A DNA stretch of 64,000 bases, taken from contig JAZQUH010000039.1 in assembly GCA_045631185.1 (NCBI GenBank), positions 139,740-203,739 on the forward strand, written 5' to 3'. Under the pieces are notes generated by a model. The model was not told the DNA's origin. It saw nothing but the letters and a program-made list of their open reading frames with translations, and made no database searches. Both the position numbers and the translations under genes were made by a program. Shown here in pieces: positions 34,653-44,294 of the stretch; the first letter of the stretch is position 1, and each line of letters begins with the position of its first letter. The DNA is from Alphaproteobacteria bacterium. GTDB taxonomy: Bacteria; Pseudomonadota; Alphaproteobacteria; CAAHEQ01; UBA3637.

Positions 34653-36728
34653 TTATTTCAACAACATTTTGAAGTCCACCACAACGGCACGGTCTTTTGT
34701 GACCAATACAGGGTTGCCGTCAATGGATGTGATTTCGGGAATTTCCAAAACCAACTTTTGAACTTTTGCCAATGTATCGGCCAACGGTCCGACGGCTTTT
34801 GGATCTTCGCCACGCACACCATTCAAGATGGTACCGACTTTTGTTTCCTTAATCATGGCATCAAAGTCATTGGCGGGCAAGATACGCATTGTTGTATCAC
34901 GCATGACTTCGGTATAAATACCGCCTGTACCGAACACCAACACACGGCCGAAGTTCTTATCGGAATTGACGCCGATAATTGTTTCGGTGGCTTTGGTAAT
35001 CATTTCTTGAATCAAGACGCTGGCACCTTTTAATTCAAACTTGGCGATTGTGGCTGTCAAAGCATCAAAGGCTTCGTTGAATTTTTCTTCGGAATCAATG
35101 TTCAAATAGATACCCTTCATTTCTGTTTTATGTAAGGCATCAGGGGCCGACAATTTCAACACGACAGGGAAGATATTTTTGGCAAAGGCCAAAGCTTCGG
35201 CTTTATCGGTAAAGTTACCGCATTTCGGATAATCAATACCATAATGATCCATAATCATGTTCATTGTGGATTGCGGTAAAGAGGCCAAACCTTCGGAAAC
35301 GGCAGAAGCAACAGCGGCTTTAATATCGGCCGGCACTTCGCTTGTTTCAACTTTCACATCGGGCAATCCTTTGAATGCCATTTGGGCTTTCATCAAGCCG
35401 AGCAAACGGATACAGTCTGTCGGATAATCATAGGCCAAAATCTTGGCGTTTTTCAATAATTGAACGGCTTCACGCACACGGGAACCACCTATGAAAGAAC
35501 AATAGATATTGACGTTTTTATATTGTTCGGCCATTTTGATAACAGCTTGGGCTGTTTCAACGGGTTCTGTGGACATTTGCGGTGTCAACAACACGATGAT
35601 GTTTTTGTATTCACCGGATTCACACAACACACGCAAAGCATTTTCATAACGGTCTGCCTTGGCATCACCCACCACGTCAATGGGGTTACCGACGGAAGCT
35701 TCAGCGGTTAAAACGGCACGCAAAGCTTCAATTGTTTTTTCGGACGGTCTGGCCAAATCCAACTTGGCTTCTTCGCACAAATCAGAAGACAACACACCCA
35801 CACCACCGGCGTTTGTTAAAATACCGACAGCACCGCCAAAGTCTGTGTGATTAACGTTTTGCAATAATTCCAAAGCACCAAATAATTCACGGGTTGTATA
35901 AACTTGGATAGCACCACTGCGTTGCAAAGCAATTTCCAACACACGATAGTTGGGGGCCAAAGAACCTGTATGGGACAAGCTGGCTGCTTGGGCTTTGCTG
36001 GATTTACCCGGTTCCATAATTACACACGGTTTTGTTTTGGAAACTTCTTTCAATACACGCAAAAATTCCTGACCTTTTTTCAATCCTTCCAAATAGAACA
36101 CAAAAGCCTTGGTGTTTTCGTCATGTTGAATGAAGTCCAACAAGCTGGCTTCGTTCAAATCTGCTTTGTTACCCACGGAAATAAAGTGAGAAAAGCCAAT
36201 GCCTTTTTCTTCGGCCCAATCCAAAATCGCACTGCAATAAGCACCGGATTGAGAAATAAAGGCCACATTACCCTTTAATGGGAAGCAAGGTGCAAAAGAA
36301 GCATTTAATTTATCAAAAGTGGAAATATGTCCCAAACAGTTCGGACCCAACACATTGATACCGGCATCCAAACATTTTTTGGCAATTGTCAATTCCAATT
36401 CTTTATTACCGACTTCACCAAAACCGGCGGTAATAATGCTGATGTTTTTGGCACCGTTGGCGATGGCATCATCCACGGCCGCTTCACAAAAACGGGCCGG
36501 CACCAACAATACAACCAAATCAACGGCTTCGGGAATATCACGCACGGAGGCAAAGCATTTTTTACCTTTTAATTCCTGACCGGCCAATTTGGGATTCACT
36601 CCGTATAAATTGCCTTCAAAACCGGCATCAATCAAGTTATTAAAAACGACCGCGCCCAATTTGGATTCATCGGCCGAAACACCAACAACCGCCACGGATT
36701 TCGGTGCAAAGAATGTATTTAAAGACAT
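34653..36728 (-). CDS. ADP-forming acetyl-CoA synthetase (acetate--CoA ligase, fused alpha-beta, NDP-forming acyl-CoA synthetase family)
   Basis: N-terminal CoA-binding FFAPKSVAVVGVS...KLG. Succinyl-CoA-synthetase-like ligase domain with the phospho-His region SLSHTGSLA. C-terminal ATP-grasp domain. 691 aa. Confidence 0.8.
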   Translation of the reverse strand: MSLNTFFAPKSVAVVGVSADESKLGAVVFNNLIDAGFEGNLYGVNPKLAGQELKGKKCFASVRDIPEAVDLVVLLVPARFCEAAVDDAIANGAKNISIITAGFGEVGNKELELTIAKKCLDAGINVLGPNCLGHISTFDKLNASFAPCFPLKGNVAFISQSGAYCSAILDWAEEKGIGFSHFISVGNKADLNEASLLDFIQHDENTKAFVFYLEGLKKGQEFLRVLKEVSKTKPCVIMEPGKSSKAQAASLSHTGSLAPNYRVLEIALQRSGAIQVYTTRELFGALELLQNVNHTDFGGAVGILTNAGGVGVLSSDLCEEAKLDLARPSEKTIEALRAVLTAEASVGNPIDVVGDAKADRYENALRVLCESGEYKNIIVLLTPQMSTEPVETAQAVIKMAEQYKNVNIYCSFIGGSRVREAVQLLKNAKILAYDYPTDCIRLLGLMKAQMAFKGLPDVKVETSEVPADIKAAVASAVSEGLASLPQSTMNMIMDHYGIDYPKCGNFTDKAEALAFAKNIFPVVLKLSAPDALHKTEMKGIYLNIDSEEKFNEAFDALTATIAKFELKGASVLIQEMITKATETIIGVNSDKNFGRVLVFGTGGIYTEVMRDTTMRILPANDFDAMIKETKVGTILNGVRGEDPKAVGPLADTLAKVQKLVLEIPEITSIDGNPVLVTKDRAVVVDFKMLLK

Positions 36729-36782
36729 ATTATTTTCCTTTCTTTTTTTATGTTAAAAACGATACCAAAACTGATGTGTTGG

Positions 36783-36811
36783 ATTATAAGCTTTTATGTC
36801 CCAAAAGTCAA
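36783..36811 (-). promoter_or_regulatory. promoter of the ADP-forming ACS gene
   Basis: Minus strand TTGACT-17 nt-TATAAT. Confidence 0.6.
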
Positions 36812-36959
36812 GGAAAAAGTTATCTCTTTCAGCGTTGATAATTCCTTGCTGTTTGACAAAAACGCAGCTTTGAATGCTTTATTGCCCGATAAGCTTGTTG
36901 AATTTTCTCAGATCGTTTTTTTAACTTCGTGTCTTTTTCGAATTAATTCGAATAAAATT

Positions 36960-38198
36960 TTATTTTTCCTCGGGTAAAACATCAATTTGTGTTAAACGGT
37001 TGCCGATTTTGTGCCGTACGGTATAAATCCAACCATTGATGTTAAATTGTTGTCCGACATGGGGAATCTGTTCGGCTTCATACATCACATAGCCCGCCAA
37101 AGTGACCGCTTTGTCATCGGGCAAATTCCAATGAAAGGCCCGATTTATATCCCGAATGGTGGCATTGCCGTTTAAACGATAAGCGCCATCGGGTAATAAA
37201 TGCCATCTGAGTCCGCTTTGATTGGGCAAATCCGTTTCGTCATCAATATCGCCGACAATTTCTTCCAATAAATCTTCCAATGTCACCACGCCCTGAATAT
37301 CACCATATTCATCCACCACGATGGCGAAATGTTCTTTGCGTTTACGAAAGGCGTTCAGCTGATCCAATAATGAAACGCTTTTTAATACAAACCAAGGCTT
37401 TGTGCAATAATTCAATACGTTGATCTGATTGTCTTTTTCCCAGGCGTTGGCCAATTGAATGGCTTTTTTGACATGTAAAACGCCCACGATATTATCCCTT
37501 TTTCCTTCCCACAGAGGAATTCGGCTGTATGGTGTGGATGGTAAAAATTTCAAAATTTCGGGAATAGGGGTTTGCACATTCAAACTGACCAAACGCCCCC
37601 GATCGGTTAAAATATCACCAATGGCAACTTCGTCCAAATCCAGAACACCCCTTAAAATACCACGTTCGGGCATGTTTTTATTGGACATGGATAAGCGACC
37701 ACGTAATTCTTCCTTTAATAAATCGCTTTCCGAATCCGTATTCTTTTTGGGAAAAAGTTTTAAAACAACTTTGCTGACGGCATTTAAACATGCAACAACC
37801 GGTCCCAATATCCACACAATAAAATTTAACGGATAGGCCACCGCAAAGGCAAAAGGGATGGTTTGATTGATGGCGTATGTTTTGGGCAGGATTTCGGCAA
37901 AAATCAACACCATAAAGCTGACCCCGAATGTGGCCAATGCAACCCCTTTGACTGGGCCGAAAATATCAATCAACATGCTGGTGGACAGGGCAGTTAAAGC
38001 GATATTGACCAAGTTATTACCCAACAATAAAGTCCCCAATAATTTATCGGGCTTTTGTTTTAATTTTAATAAAATTTTGGCTTTTTTATCGCCTTTTTTG
38101 GCTCTTTCCGATAATAAAGGAGCAGATATAGCCGTTACGGCTGTTTCAACACCCGAAAAGAAAAAAGACATTGCCAACAAGATGAATAATTTAATCAT
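36960..38198 (-). CDS. tlyC: hemolysin-family / CNNM (DUF21)-CBS-CorC_HlyC membrane protein
   Basis: N-terminal DUF21 TM domain, CBS pair and C-terminal transporter-associated domain. 412 aa. Confidence 0.8.
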   Translation of the reverse strand: MIKLFILLAMSFFFSGVETAVTAISAPLLSERAKKGDKKAKILLKLKQKPDKLLGTLLLGNNLVNIALTALSTSMLIDIFGPVKGVALATFGVSFMVLIFAEILPKTYAINQTIPFAFAVAYPLNFIVWILGPVVACLNAVSKVVLKLFPKKNTDSESDLLKEELRGRLSMSNKNMPERGILRGVLDLDEVAIGDILTDRGRLVSLNVQTPIPEILKFLPSTPYSRIPLWEGKRDNIVGVLHVKKAIQLANAWEKDNQINVLNYCTKPWFVLKSVSLLDQLNAFRKRKEHFAIVVDEYGDIQGVVTLEDLLEEIVGDIDDETDLPNQSGLRWHLLPDGAYRLNGNATIRDINRAFHWNLPDDKAVTLAGYVMYEAEQIPHVGQQFNINGWIYTVRHKIGNRLTQIDVLPEEK

Positions 38199-38748
38199 GT
38201 TTTTCCTTTTTTGAAATAACGCCCCGTATCTCTAATTCTTTTAAAATACGTTTGACGGTAAAATAGGGTGGTTCATCAAACGATTCCACCATAATATCGG
38301 CTTCATTATATAACGGATAACATTCATTGACCAAGCGTTGAATGGTGGCTTGGTTATCGGCGGACGGCACCAACGGACGATGAGTTCTTCCTTGGGTACG
38401 CCCCGAAATAACATCAGCACCAGCCTTAATCCAAATGGATACGGATTTTTCTTTGGAAACCTTGCGGGTGTGGGCGGACAAAAAAGCACCGCCACCGCTG
38501 GATAAAACACAGGGTTTTCCGTTTAACAATCGTTCCATTACTTTTTCTTCACCTTTTCTGAATTCCTCTTCACCATAGCGGGCAAATAAGTCCGAAATGG
38601 TAAAGCCGGTCATTCGTTCAATTTCCTTATCGGAATCCACAAAGGGCAGGTGCAAACGTTTGGCGATCATTCGTCCCAAACTTGTTTTGCCGACCCCCAT
38701 CATTCCGACCAATAATAAGATTTTTTCTTGTAATAATTCTTGACTCAT
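38191..38748 (-). CDS. aroK: shikimate kinase
   Basis: Walker [22 protein letters not shown] motif. Confidence 0.85.
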   Translation of the reverse strand: MSQELLQEKILLLVGMMGVGKTSLGRMIAKRLHLPFVDSDKEIERMTGFTISDLFARYGEEEFRKGEEKVMERLLNGKPCVLSSGGGAFLSAHTRKVSKEKSVSIWIKAGADVISGRTQGRTHRPLVPSADNQATIQRLVNECYPLYNEADIMVESFDEPPYFTVKRILKELEIRGVISKKEKHD

Positions 38749-38798
38749 GCTATAACTATAACACGTTTTTTAAAAAAAGTCCAGTTCAGGAGGAAAAA

Positions 38799-38942
38799 AT
38801 GAAATTGCATGAAAAAAAATCCAATAAATTAAAATGGGTGATAGGCTTGATTTTATTGGGCGTTATCGTTCTTTTTGCCGTGTGTGATTTTATGCCAAAA
38901 CAACAACAAATTGAAAAGCAAATTGTTCACAGCGTTTTATAA
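38799..38942 (+). CDS. small single-pass membrane protein, hypothetical
   Basis: SD aggagg 6 nt before ATG 38799. The 47-aa product has one TM (WVIGLILLGVIVLFAV). Its stop overlaps the xerD start. Confidence 0.45.
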   Translation: MKLHEKKSNKLKWVIGLILLGVIVLFAVCDFMPKQQQIEKQIVHSVL

Positions 38943-39859
38943 TGACCCCTCAAATTGATGCTTTTTTGGAAATGATGCAGGCACAACGGGGAGCTTCCGT
39001 CAATACTTTATCGGCCTATCGGCGTGATATGTATTTGTTGGATGAATATCTGTTGTCGCATCATTCGGGTTTGTTAAAAGCCACCGAAGATGATTTAAAA
39101 TCTTTTTTAAAGTTTTTAATGAATACGGGGGATTCGGTGCGCACTCGTGCCAGACGATTGTCCTGTATTCATGAATTTTATCGTTTTGCCTATTCGGAAG
39201 GGTGGATAAAGGTCAATCCGTCTGATTATTTACAAGGTCCGAAATTGCCCCAAACGTTACCCAAATACCTGACGGAAGATGAAATTTTTTTATTGATTCA
39301 GCAAGCCCGTGAAAACAATAAGCGCCTGTATGTATTGTTGGAGCTTTTATATGCCACCGGCATGCGTGTCAGCGAATTGGTTGGCTTGCCGTTGGGGGCT
39401 TTTGTGCCTGATGAACGGCATTTATTGATTTTGGGTAAAGGCGGGCGAGAACGAATCGTTCCGCTAAATGATTATGCAATTGATGCTTTGATTCAATGGA
39501 AACAAATACGTGAAAATGATTTGCCCTATAACCGCAAAAGCAAATGGTTGTTTCCTTCCAAAAGTTGCTTGGGGCATTTAACACGGGATACGTTTTTTAA
39601 AGAATTAAAAAAATTGGCTTTGCTTGTCGGATTGAATCCGGATAAGGTTTCGCCACATGTCTTTCGCCATTCTTTTGCCTCACATTTGGTGGCCCATGAT
39701 GCGGATTTGCGTTCCGTTCAACAAATGTTGGGCCACTCGGATATATCCACAACACAAATTTATACGCACATTTTACCCGACAGATTAAAAAAGATTGTTG
39801 AAAAATCTCATCCTTTGTCGTATAATGGAGCGAGGAAAAAAAATGAAGATAGCGGATAA
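38942..39859 (+). CDS. xerD: site-specific tyrosine recombinase XerD
   Basis: LSAYRRD, GPKLPQTLPKYL, ATGMRVSELVGL, HVFRHSFASHL, LGHSDISTTQIYTH. Confidence 0.9.
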   Translation: MTPQIDAFLEMMQAQRGASVNTLSAYRRDMYLLDEYLLSHHSGLLKATEDDLKSFLKFLMNTGDSVRTRARRLSCIHEFYRFAYSEGWIKVNPSDYLQGPKLPQTLPKYLTEDEIFLLIQQARENNKRLYVLLELLYATGMRVSELVGLPLGAFVPDERHLLILGKGGRERIVPLNDYAIDALIQWKQIRENDLPYNRKSKWLFPSKSCLGHLTRDTFFKELKKLALLVGLNPDKVSPHVFRHSFASHLVAHDADLRSVQQMLGHSDISTTQIYTHILPDRLKKIVEKSHPLSYNGARKKNEDSG

Positions 39860-42800
39860 ATACATTTTACGGCAACTGATTGTCGGCTTTTTATTGGTTT
39901 TAACCTGTATGACCATGCTGGTTTGGTTGACTCAATCGTTGCGTATGATTGATATGATTGTCACCAATGGCGTTTCTGTGGGTGTGTTTTTAAAAATGAG
40001 CCTTTTGGTTTTACCGCACTTTATGCAAATTTTAATGCCGTTAGCCTTGTTTGCGGTTGTTTTGTTTGTTTTTATTCGTATGCAATCGGACAAAGAATTG
40101 ATGGTTTTAAAGGCGGTCGGGATGGGCCCTTATCAGTTGATGAGCCCTGTTTTGAAGATGGCCGGCGTATTGGTGATAATCGGTTATTTCCTTTCATTGT
40201 TCTTGGTGCCGTATTCCGAAAATCAGGTGCGTGAAATGAAATGGAAAGTGCGCAATAATTTATCGCATGTGATGTTACAGGAAGGCCAATTTAATACCTT
40301 TAAAAAAGGAATGATGATTTATATCCGTGAACGTATGCCCAATGGTGCGATTAAGGGGATTTTGGCCTATGAAATGAAAGACGGTAAAAAATCCACTTTG
40401 ATTGCCGATGAAGGGACATTGTATCAATCCCCCGATGGGATAGAGGTTGTCTTTGGTCAAGGTGCCCGTCAAGAGTATAATCCCGAAACAAAACAATATT
40501 CTGTTTTAAAATTTGATAAATATACCGTTGCTTTGAATGATAAAAATCAATCGTCCGGTACACGCACACAAAAGGTCAAAGAATTGCCCTTTACACAATT
40601 ATTGACAATGAAGCGGGATGAAGCGCCCAATGAATCCACATGGCGTAAATATAAGGTGGAAGCGTTCAAACGTTTAACCCAACCGCTTTACAGCATTATT
40701 TTTGCTTTGTTGGCGTTGGTGGGGGTTATAACGGGCTATTATAACCGTCGCGGACAACCCATTCGTGTGAATGCGGTTGTGGGTTCGGCTTTATTGATTC
40801 AAACATTGGCTTTGGCCTTTGAAAATATTGCGGGTAAAAATTTATGGGGTTTGCTGTTGATGACTTTGAATATCGTGCTTCCATTGTGGATAATGGTGGG
40901 TATCTTTAAAAAAGAAAGTGGTCCCAAAGTGCCCAAAAAATATAAATATATGCTTCGTTTTGTGTTTTTGTTCGGGCTTTTATTTTCCGTTCAATCTTAT
41001 GCTTTTTCGGATATAGATACATCGGCCTTTAATAAAGATCAGCCCGTTGATTTTGAAGCCGATCATGTTTCCTATGATCAAAAGCAACAAACAATGACGG
41101 CTTCGGGCAATGTTGTATTGAAACAAAACGGTATTGTTTTTAATACGGATAAAATTTTGTATAATCAAAAATCCGATATGATTCATATCCCCGGTGAAGC
41201 CACAATGGTTTTGCCTGACGGTAATTCTTCGCTGGTGCGTGATATTCAAATTAAAGCCCATGGTGATGAAGTAAAAACAGGTAAAGGCAAGATGGATATG
41301 GCTGATGGAACGCACTTGTGGGCCAATCAAATTGTGCGTCAGGACGGTAAAGAAAATATCTTAAAGGATGCTTTTTATACACCATGTGAAATGTGTGAAA
41401 ATTCTTCACCTTTGTGGCAAATTCATGCCAGCTCGATTGAACAGGATGAAGAATCCCATATGATGCGTTTTTGGAATACCCGTGTTGAATTGAAAAATGT
41501 ACCGGTTTTATATTTTCCGTATTTTCAAATTCCCGATTATACAGTTAAGCGTCAAACAGGTTTTTTAACACCGACTTTTGGCAGTGATTCCGAATTAAAG
41601 GCTTATGTGAAAGCGCCGATTTTTGTGGATTTAGCCGAAAATCAAAATTTAACCATTACGCCGGTTGTGTCGTTTTCCCGCAATCCTTTGGGTATTTTGG
41701 ATTATCAGGGGCTGTTTTCAAAAGGTAAAGTTGAATTACAAACCAGTTATACCAAAGATGATGATGACAGAAAACAGGGACATATCCAATCCAGCTTTGA
41801 ATATGATATCAATGATTCTTGGCGTTTAACGGGGGGCTATAATCGTACTATTACGGATACTTATTTCCGTCGTTATAATGTGTTGGATGTGGATACCAGC
41901 CAATCTTTTTTAACCTCCCATTTAACGGGTGAATACTATGGTAATCGATTGTACGGTAACGCCACACTTTACAATTTCCAAAGTTTACAAGAAGGCGTCC
42001 GTTCTGAATCAATACCTGTAATTTTACCCGTCTTTAACATGCGTTATACGACAAAGCCCTTTACACAACAGGGCGGTATTATGTATTCGGATATCAATGG
42101 CGCCTTTATTAATGATCGCAATCATTTTAAATCCAACCGTTTGTCATTGACTCAGGGGATTTCGTTGCCGTATAAAACAAGTTTTGGTTTGATGACACAA
42201 CTTTCCGGATCCGTGCGTATGGATGGATACAGTGTGGATACAGGATTGACCGATATGGGCCCCCGTGCTCAGGATTCTTATTTTACGGGTCGTGTTTTTC
42301 CCCAGGCTGTGTTAAAGATAAGCTATCCGTTGATAAAAAAGAATGCTGAATATGCTCAGGTTTTGGAACCGATTGTCATGATAGTCGCATCTCCTAACGG
42401 CTCTAATCCCGATAAGATTCCCAATGTGGATAGTTCCGTTTTCGACTTTGATGATGTGAATTTGTTTTCACCCAACCGTTATATGGGATATGATAAAGTG
42501 GAATCCGGTTCGCGCATAAACTATGGTGTGCAATGGACTTTATACCAAACGGACAAAAAACGTTCCATTCAGGCTTTGTTGGGGCAAAGTATTCGTTTGC
42601 GTGAAAAAGACGAATTGGATGATGCCATGGGCTATGATGGCCATTTTTCCAGCTATGTCGGTCGTTTACAGTTAAATTATGATTATTTGACATTGGCCTA
42701 TCGTTTCCGTATGGCACAGGAAAGTTTTGAAGCACAAAAAAATGATATATCTGTTGAAGCGGGTTCATCTCCGCTCAGAATCGGATTGAATTACCTGTTC

Positions 42801-43091
42801 CAGGATTCTTTCCGTTTTGGGGATGTTTATTCAACTGCCAAAAAAGAAGTGTCGGTATATGCACGTTCTCGTTTGACCAAAAATTGGTCATTGGAAGGGC
42901 GTTATCGTTATAATTTATTAAAATCCGACAGGGGACCACTGGAAACATACGGTATTTTGCGCTATGATAATGAATGTGCCGCTGTTGAATTTGAGGCCAG
43001 TAAATCCTATACGCATGATCGCAACTATAAAGGCGATACCTCAATTACAATGCGCTTTTACTTAAAAACTTTGGGAGGATTCGGACAATGA
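39843..43091 (+). CDS. lptD: in-frame fusion of an LptF/LptG-family LPS export permease (residues ~1-369) with LPS-assembly protein LptD (from internal Met at 40950)
   Basis: YjgP/YjgQ-type six-TM N-terminal part (MKIADKYILRQL...). Then KKYKY-MLRFVFLFGLLFSVQSYA|FS, a signal-peptide-like segment. Then the OstA N-domain (VDFEADHVSYD...) and a long beta-barrel region. No stop codon between the parts. Confidence 0.75.
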   Translation: MKIADKYILRQLIVGFLLVLTCMTMLVWLTQSLRMIDMIVTNGVSVGVFLKMSLLVLPHFMQILMPLALFAVVLFVFIRMQSDKELMVLKAVGMGPYQLMSPVLKMAGVLVIIGYFLSLFLVPYSENQVREMKWKVRNNLSHVMLQEGQFNTFKKGMMIYIRERMPNGAIKGILAYEMKDGKKSTLIADEGTLYQSPDGIEVVFGQGARQEYNPETKQYSVLKFDKYTVALNDKNQSSGTRTQKVKELPFTQLLTMKRDEAPNESTWRKYKVEAFKRLTQPLYSIIFALLALVGVITGYYNRRGQPIRVNAVVGSALLIQTLALAFENIAGKNLWGLLLMTLNIVLPLWIMVGIFKKESGPKVPKKYKYMLRFVFLFGLLFSVQSYAFSDIDTSAFNKDQPVDFEADHVSYDQKQQTMTASGNVVLKQNGIVFNTDKILYNQKSDMIHIPGEATMVLPDGNSSLVRDIQIKAHGDEVKTGKGKMDMADGTHLWANQIVRQDGKENILKDAFYTPCEMCENSSPLWQIHASSIEQDEESHMMRFWNTRVELKNVPVLYFPYFQIPDYTVKRQTGFLTPTFGSDSELKAYVKAPIFVDLAENQNLTITPVVSFSRNPLGILDYQGLFSKGKVELQTSYTKDDDDRKQGHIQSSFEYDINDSWRLTGGYNRTITDTYFRRYNVLDVDTSQSFLTSHLTGEYYGNRLYGNATLYNFQSLQEGVRSESIPVILPVFNMRYTTKPFTQQGGIMYSDINGAFINDRNHFKSNRLSLTQGISLPYKTSFGLMTQLSGSVRMDGYSVDTGLTDMGPRAQDSYFTGRVFPQAVLKISYPLIKKNAEYAQVLEPIVMIVASPNGSNPDKIPNVDSSVFDFDDVNLFSPNRYMGYDKVESGSRINYGVQWTLYQTDKKRSIQALLGQSIRLREKDELDDAMGYDGHFSSYVGRLQLNYDYLTLAYRFRMAQESFEAQKNDISVEAGSSPLRIGLNYLFQDSFRFGDVYSTAKKEVSVYARSRLTKNWSLEGRYRYNLLKSDRGPLETYGILRYDNECAAVEFEASKSYTHDRNYKGDTSITMRFYLKTLGGFGQ

Positions 43092-44248
43092 AAAAAATAA
43101 TTTTCTTGTTGATGTGTGGGGTAAATTTTTCGCTTTCGGCCGGCAATTTAAAGGCAATTGTCAATGATGCCCCCATTTTTGAATCCGAGGTATCGGACCG
43201 TGTGGCTTTATTGACGGCACAACAACCGGCTTTACTGCAATCTATGAACTCATCCGAATTGGAAAAAATGGCCTTGGATAATTTGGTGGAAGAATATTTA
43301 AAAATTCAAAAAAGTCAGGCGCTGGGTGTCAAGGTTTCGGAAGACGAAATTGATCAGGCGATCAATCATTTGGAACAACAAAACGGCTTTTCTGTGGGAG
43401 GTTTGGCTAAAATGCTGGCCGAACAAAAAGTCCCCATGCAAACATTGCGTCAACAGGTTTATGGCGATTTAGTCTGGCTTTCTTATGCCCGTGCAAACGT
43501 GAAAAAAGTTTCCATTCCTGATTCAGCGGTTGAATCCCGTTTAAAACAAATAAAATCTGATATGGCCAAAGAAACCTTTACGGTGGCTGAAATTAAATTG
43601 CCCACGTTGGATCAGGCCCAAAATGTTTGGGAACAAATACAGGATGGAGCATCATTTTCTGAAATGGCAAGACGTTATTCGAATTCCGAAACGGCCAAAG
43701 CCGGCGGTTTTGTGGGTGTGATTCAGGCTGATTATTTTGGTGATAATATAACGCCTGTTATGCGTGAAATGCCTTTGGGGCAGGTGTCCCGTCCATTGGA
43801 TGTCGGAAACGCTTATTTAATACTTTATATGATGGATAAAAAGGCTTCTGTTACCGAAGAATCCATAGAATTATGGGAATTGGCACAAGGTGGTGTTGGT
43901 GATAAAGCCGATGCTAAGGCTATTTTATCGGCAAAAACCTGTGATGATTTTACCCGTATTTTGGCAAAAGAAGGAATTTCTCAATCCATACAACGTGGAT
44001 GGACGGATCCGTTCCAATTGCCCAAGGAATTGAAATCAATGTTGTCGGATGTGGTTGTGGGTGAAACTTTGGGTCCGGTGAAGGTACCGCAGGGGCAACT
44101 GTTTTTTATGAAATGCGGAGTGAAAACGCAACGTGTGATGCCCACTTTTGATGAAGTGCGGGAACAATTGGAAATTGAACAAATGGAAAATCAGGCAAAA
44201 CGTTTGTTAAATGCCGAAAAGCGTGAGGCAGTCATTGAATACAAATAA
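43088..44248 (+). CDS. surA: periplasmic chaperone / parvulin PPIase SurA
   Basis: Signal peptide, SurA N-domain and one parvulin domain (FSEMARRYSNSETAKAGGFVGVI). Follows lptD, the conserved order. Confidence 0.8.
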   Translation: MKKIIFLLMCGVNFSLSAGNLKAIVNDAPIFESEVSDRVALLTAQQPALLQSMNSSELEKMALDNLVEEYLKIQKSQALGVKVSEDEIDQAINHLEQQNGFSVGGLAKMLAEQKVPMQTLRQQVYGDLVWLSYARANVKKVSIPDSAVESRLKQIKSDMAKETFTVAEIKLPTLDQAQNVWEQIQDGASFSEMARRYSNSETAKAGGFVGVIQADYFGDNITPVMREMPLGQVSRPLDVGNAYLILYMMDKKASVTEESIELWELAQGGVGDKADAKAILSAKTCDDFTRILAKEGISQSIQRGWTDPFQLPKELKSMLSDVVVGETLGPVKVPQGQLFFMKCGVKTQRVMPTFDEVREQLEIEQMENQAKRLLNAEKREAVIEYK

Positions 44249-44294
44249 GCGGTGTAAAGGCCTATCTTTACGGGAAGGATTATTAAAAAGCAAA

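Noticed and set aside
35904-36579. Several 80-125-aa ORFs antisense to the ACS gene, and similar ones antisense to lon, lptD, der, the ABC exporter and the SPFH gene
   Set aside because: These are shadow ORFs on the opposite strand of strongly supported genes. They have no SD and low-complexity or odd composition.
36937-36952. Perfect 16-bp palindrome ttcgaattaattcgaa between tlyC and the ACS promoter
   Set aside because: It is AT-rich and lies 8 nt after the tlyC stop, so it is most simply a weak terminator or stem. It matches no operator consensus I can name (not FNR TTGAT-N4-ATCAA and not CRP). By eye, no full FNR box was seen upstream of hyd or acd either.
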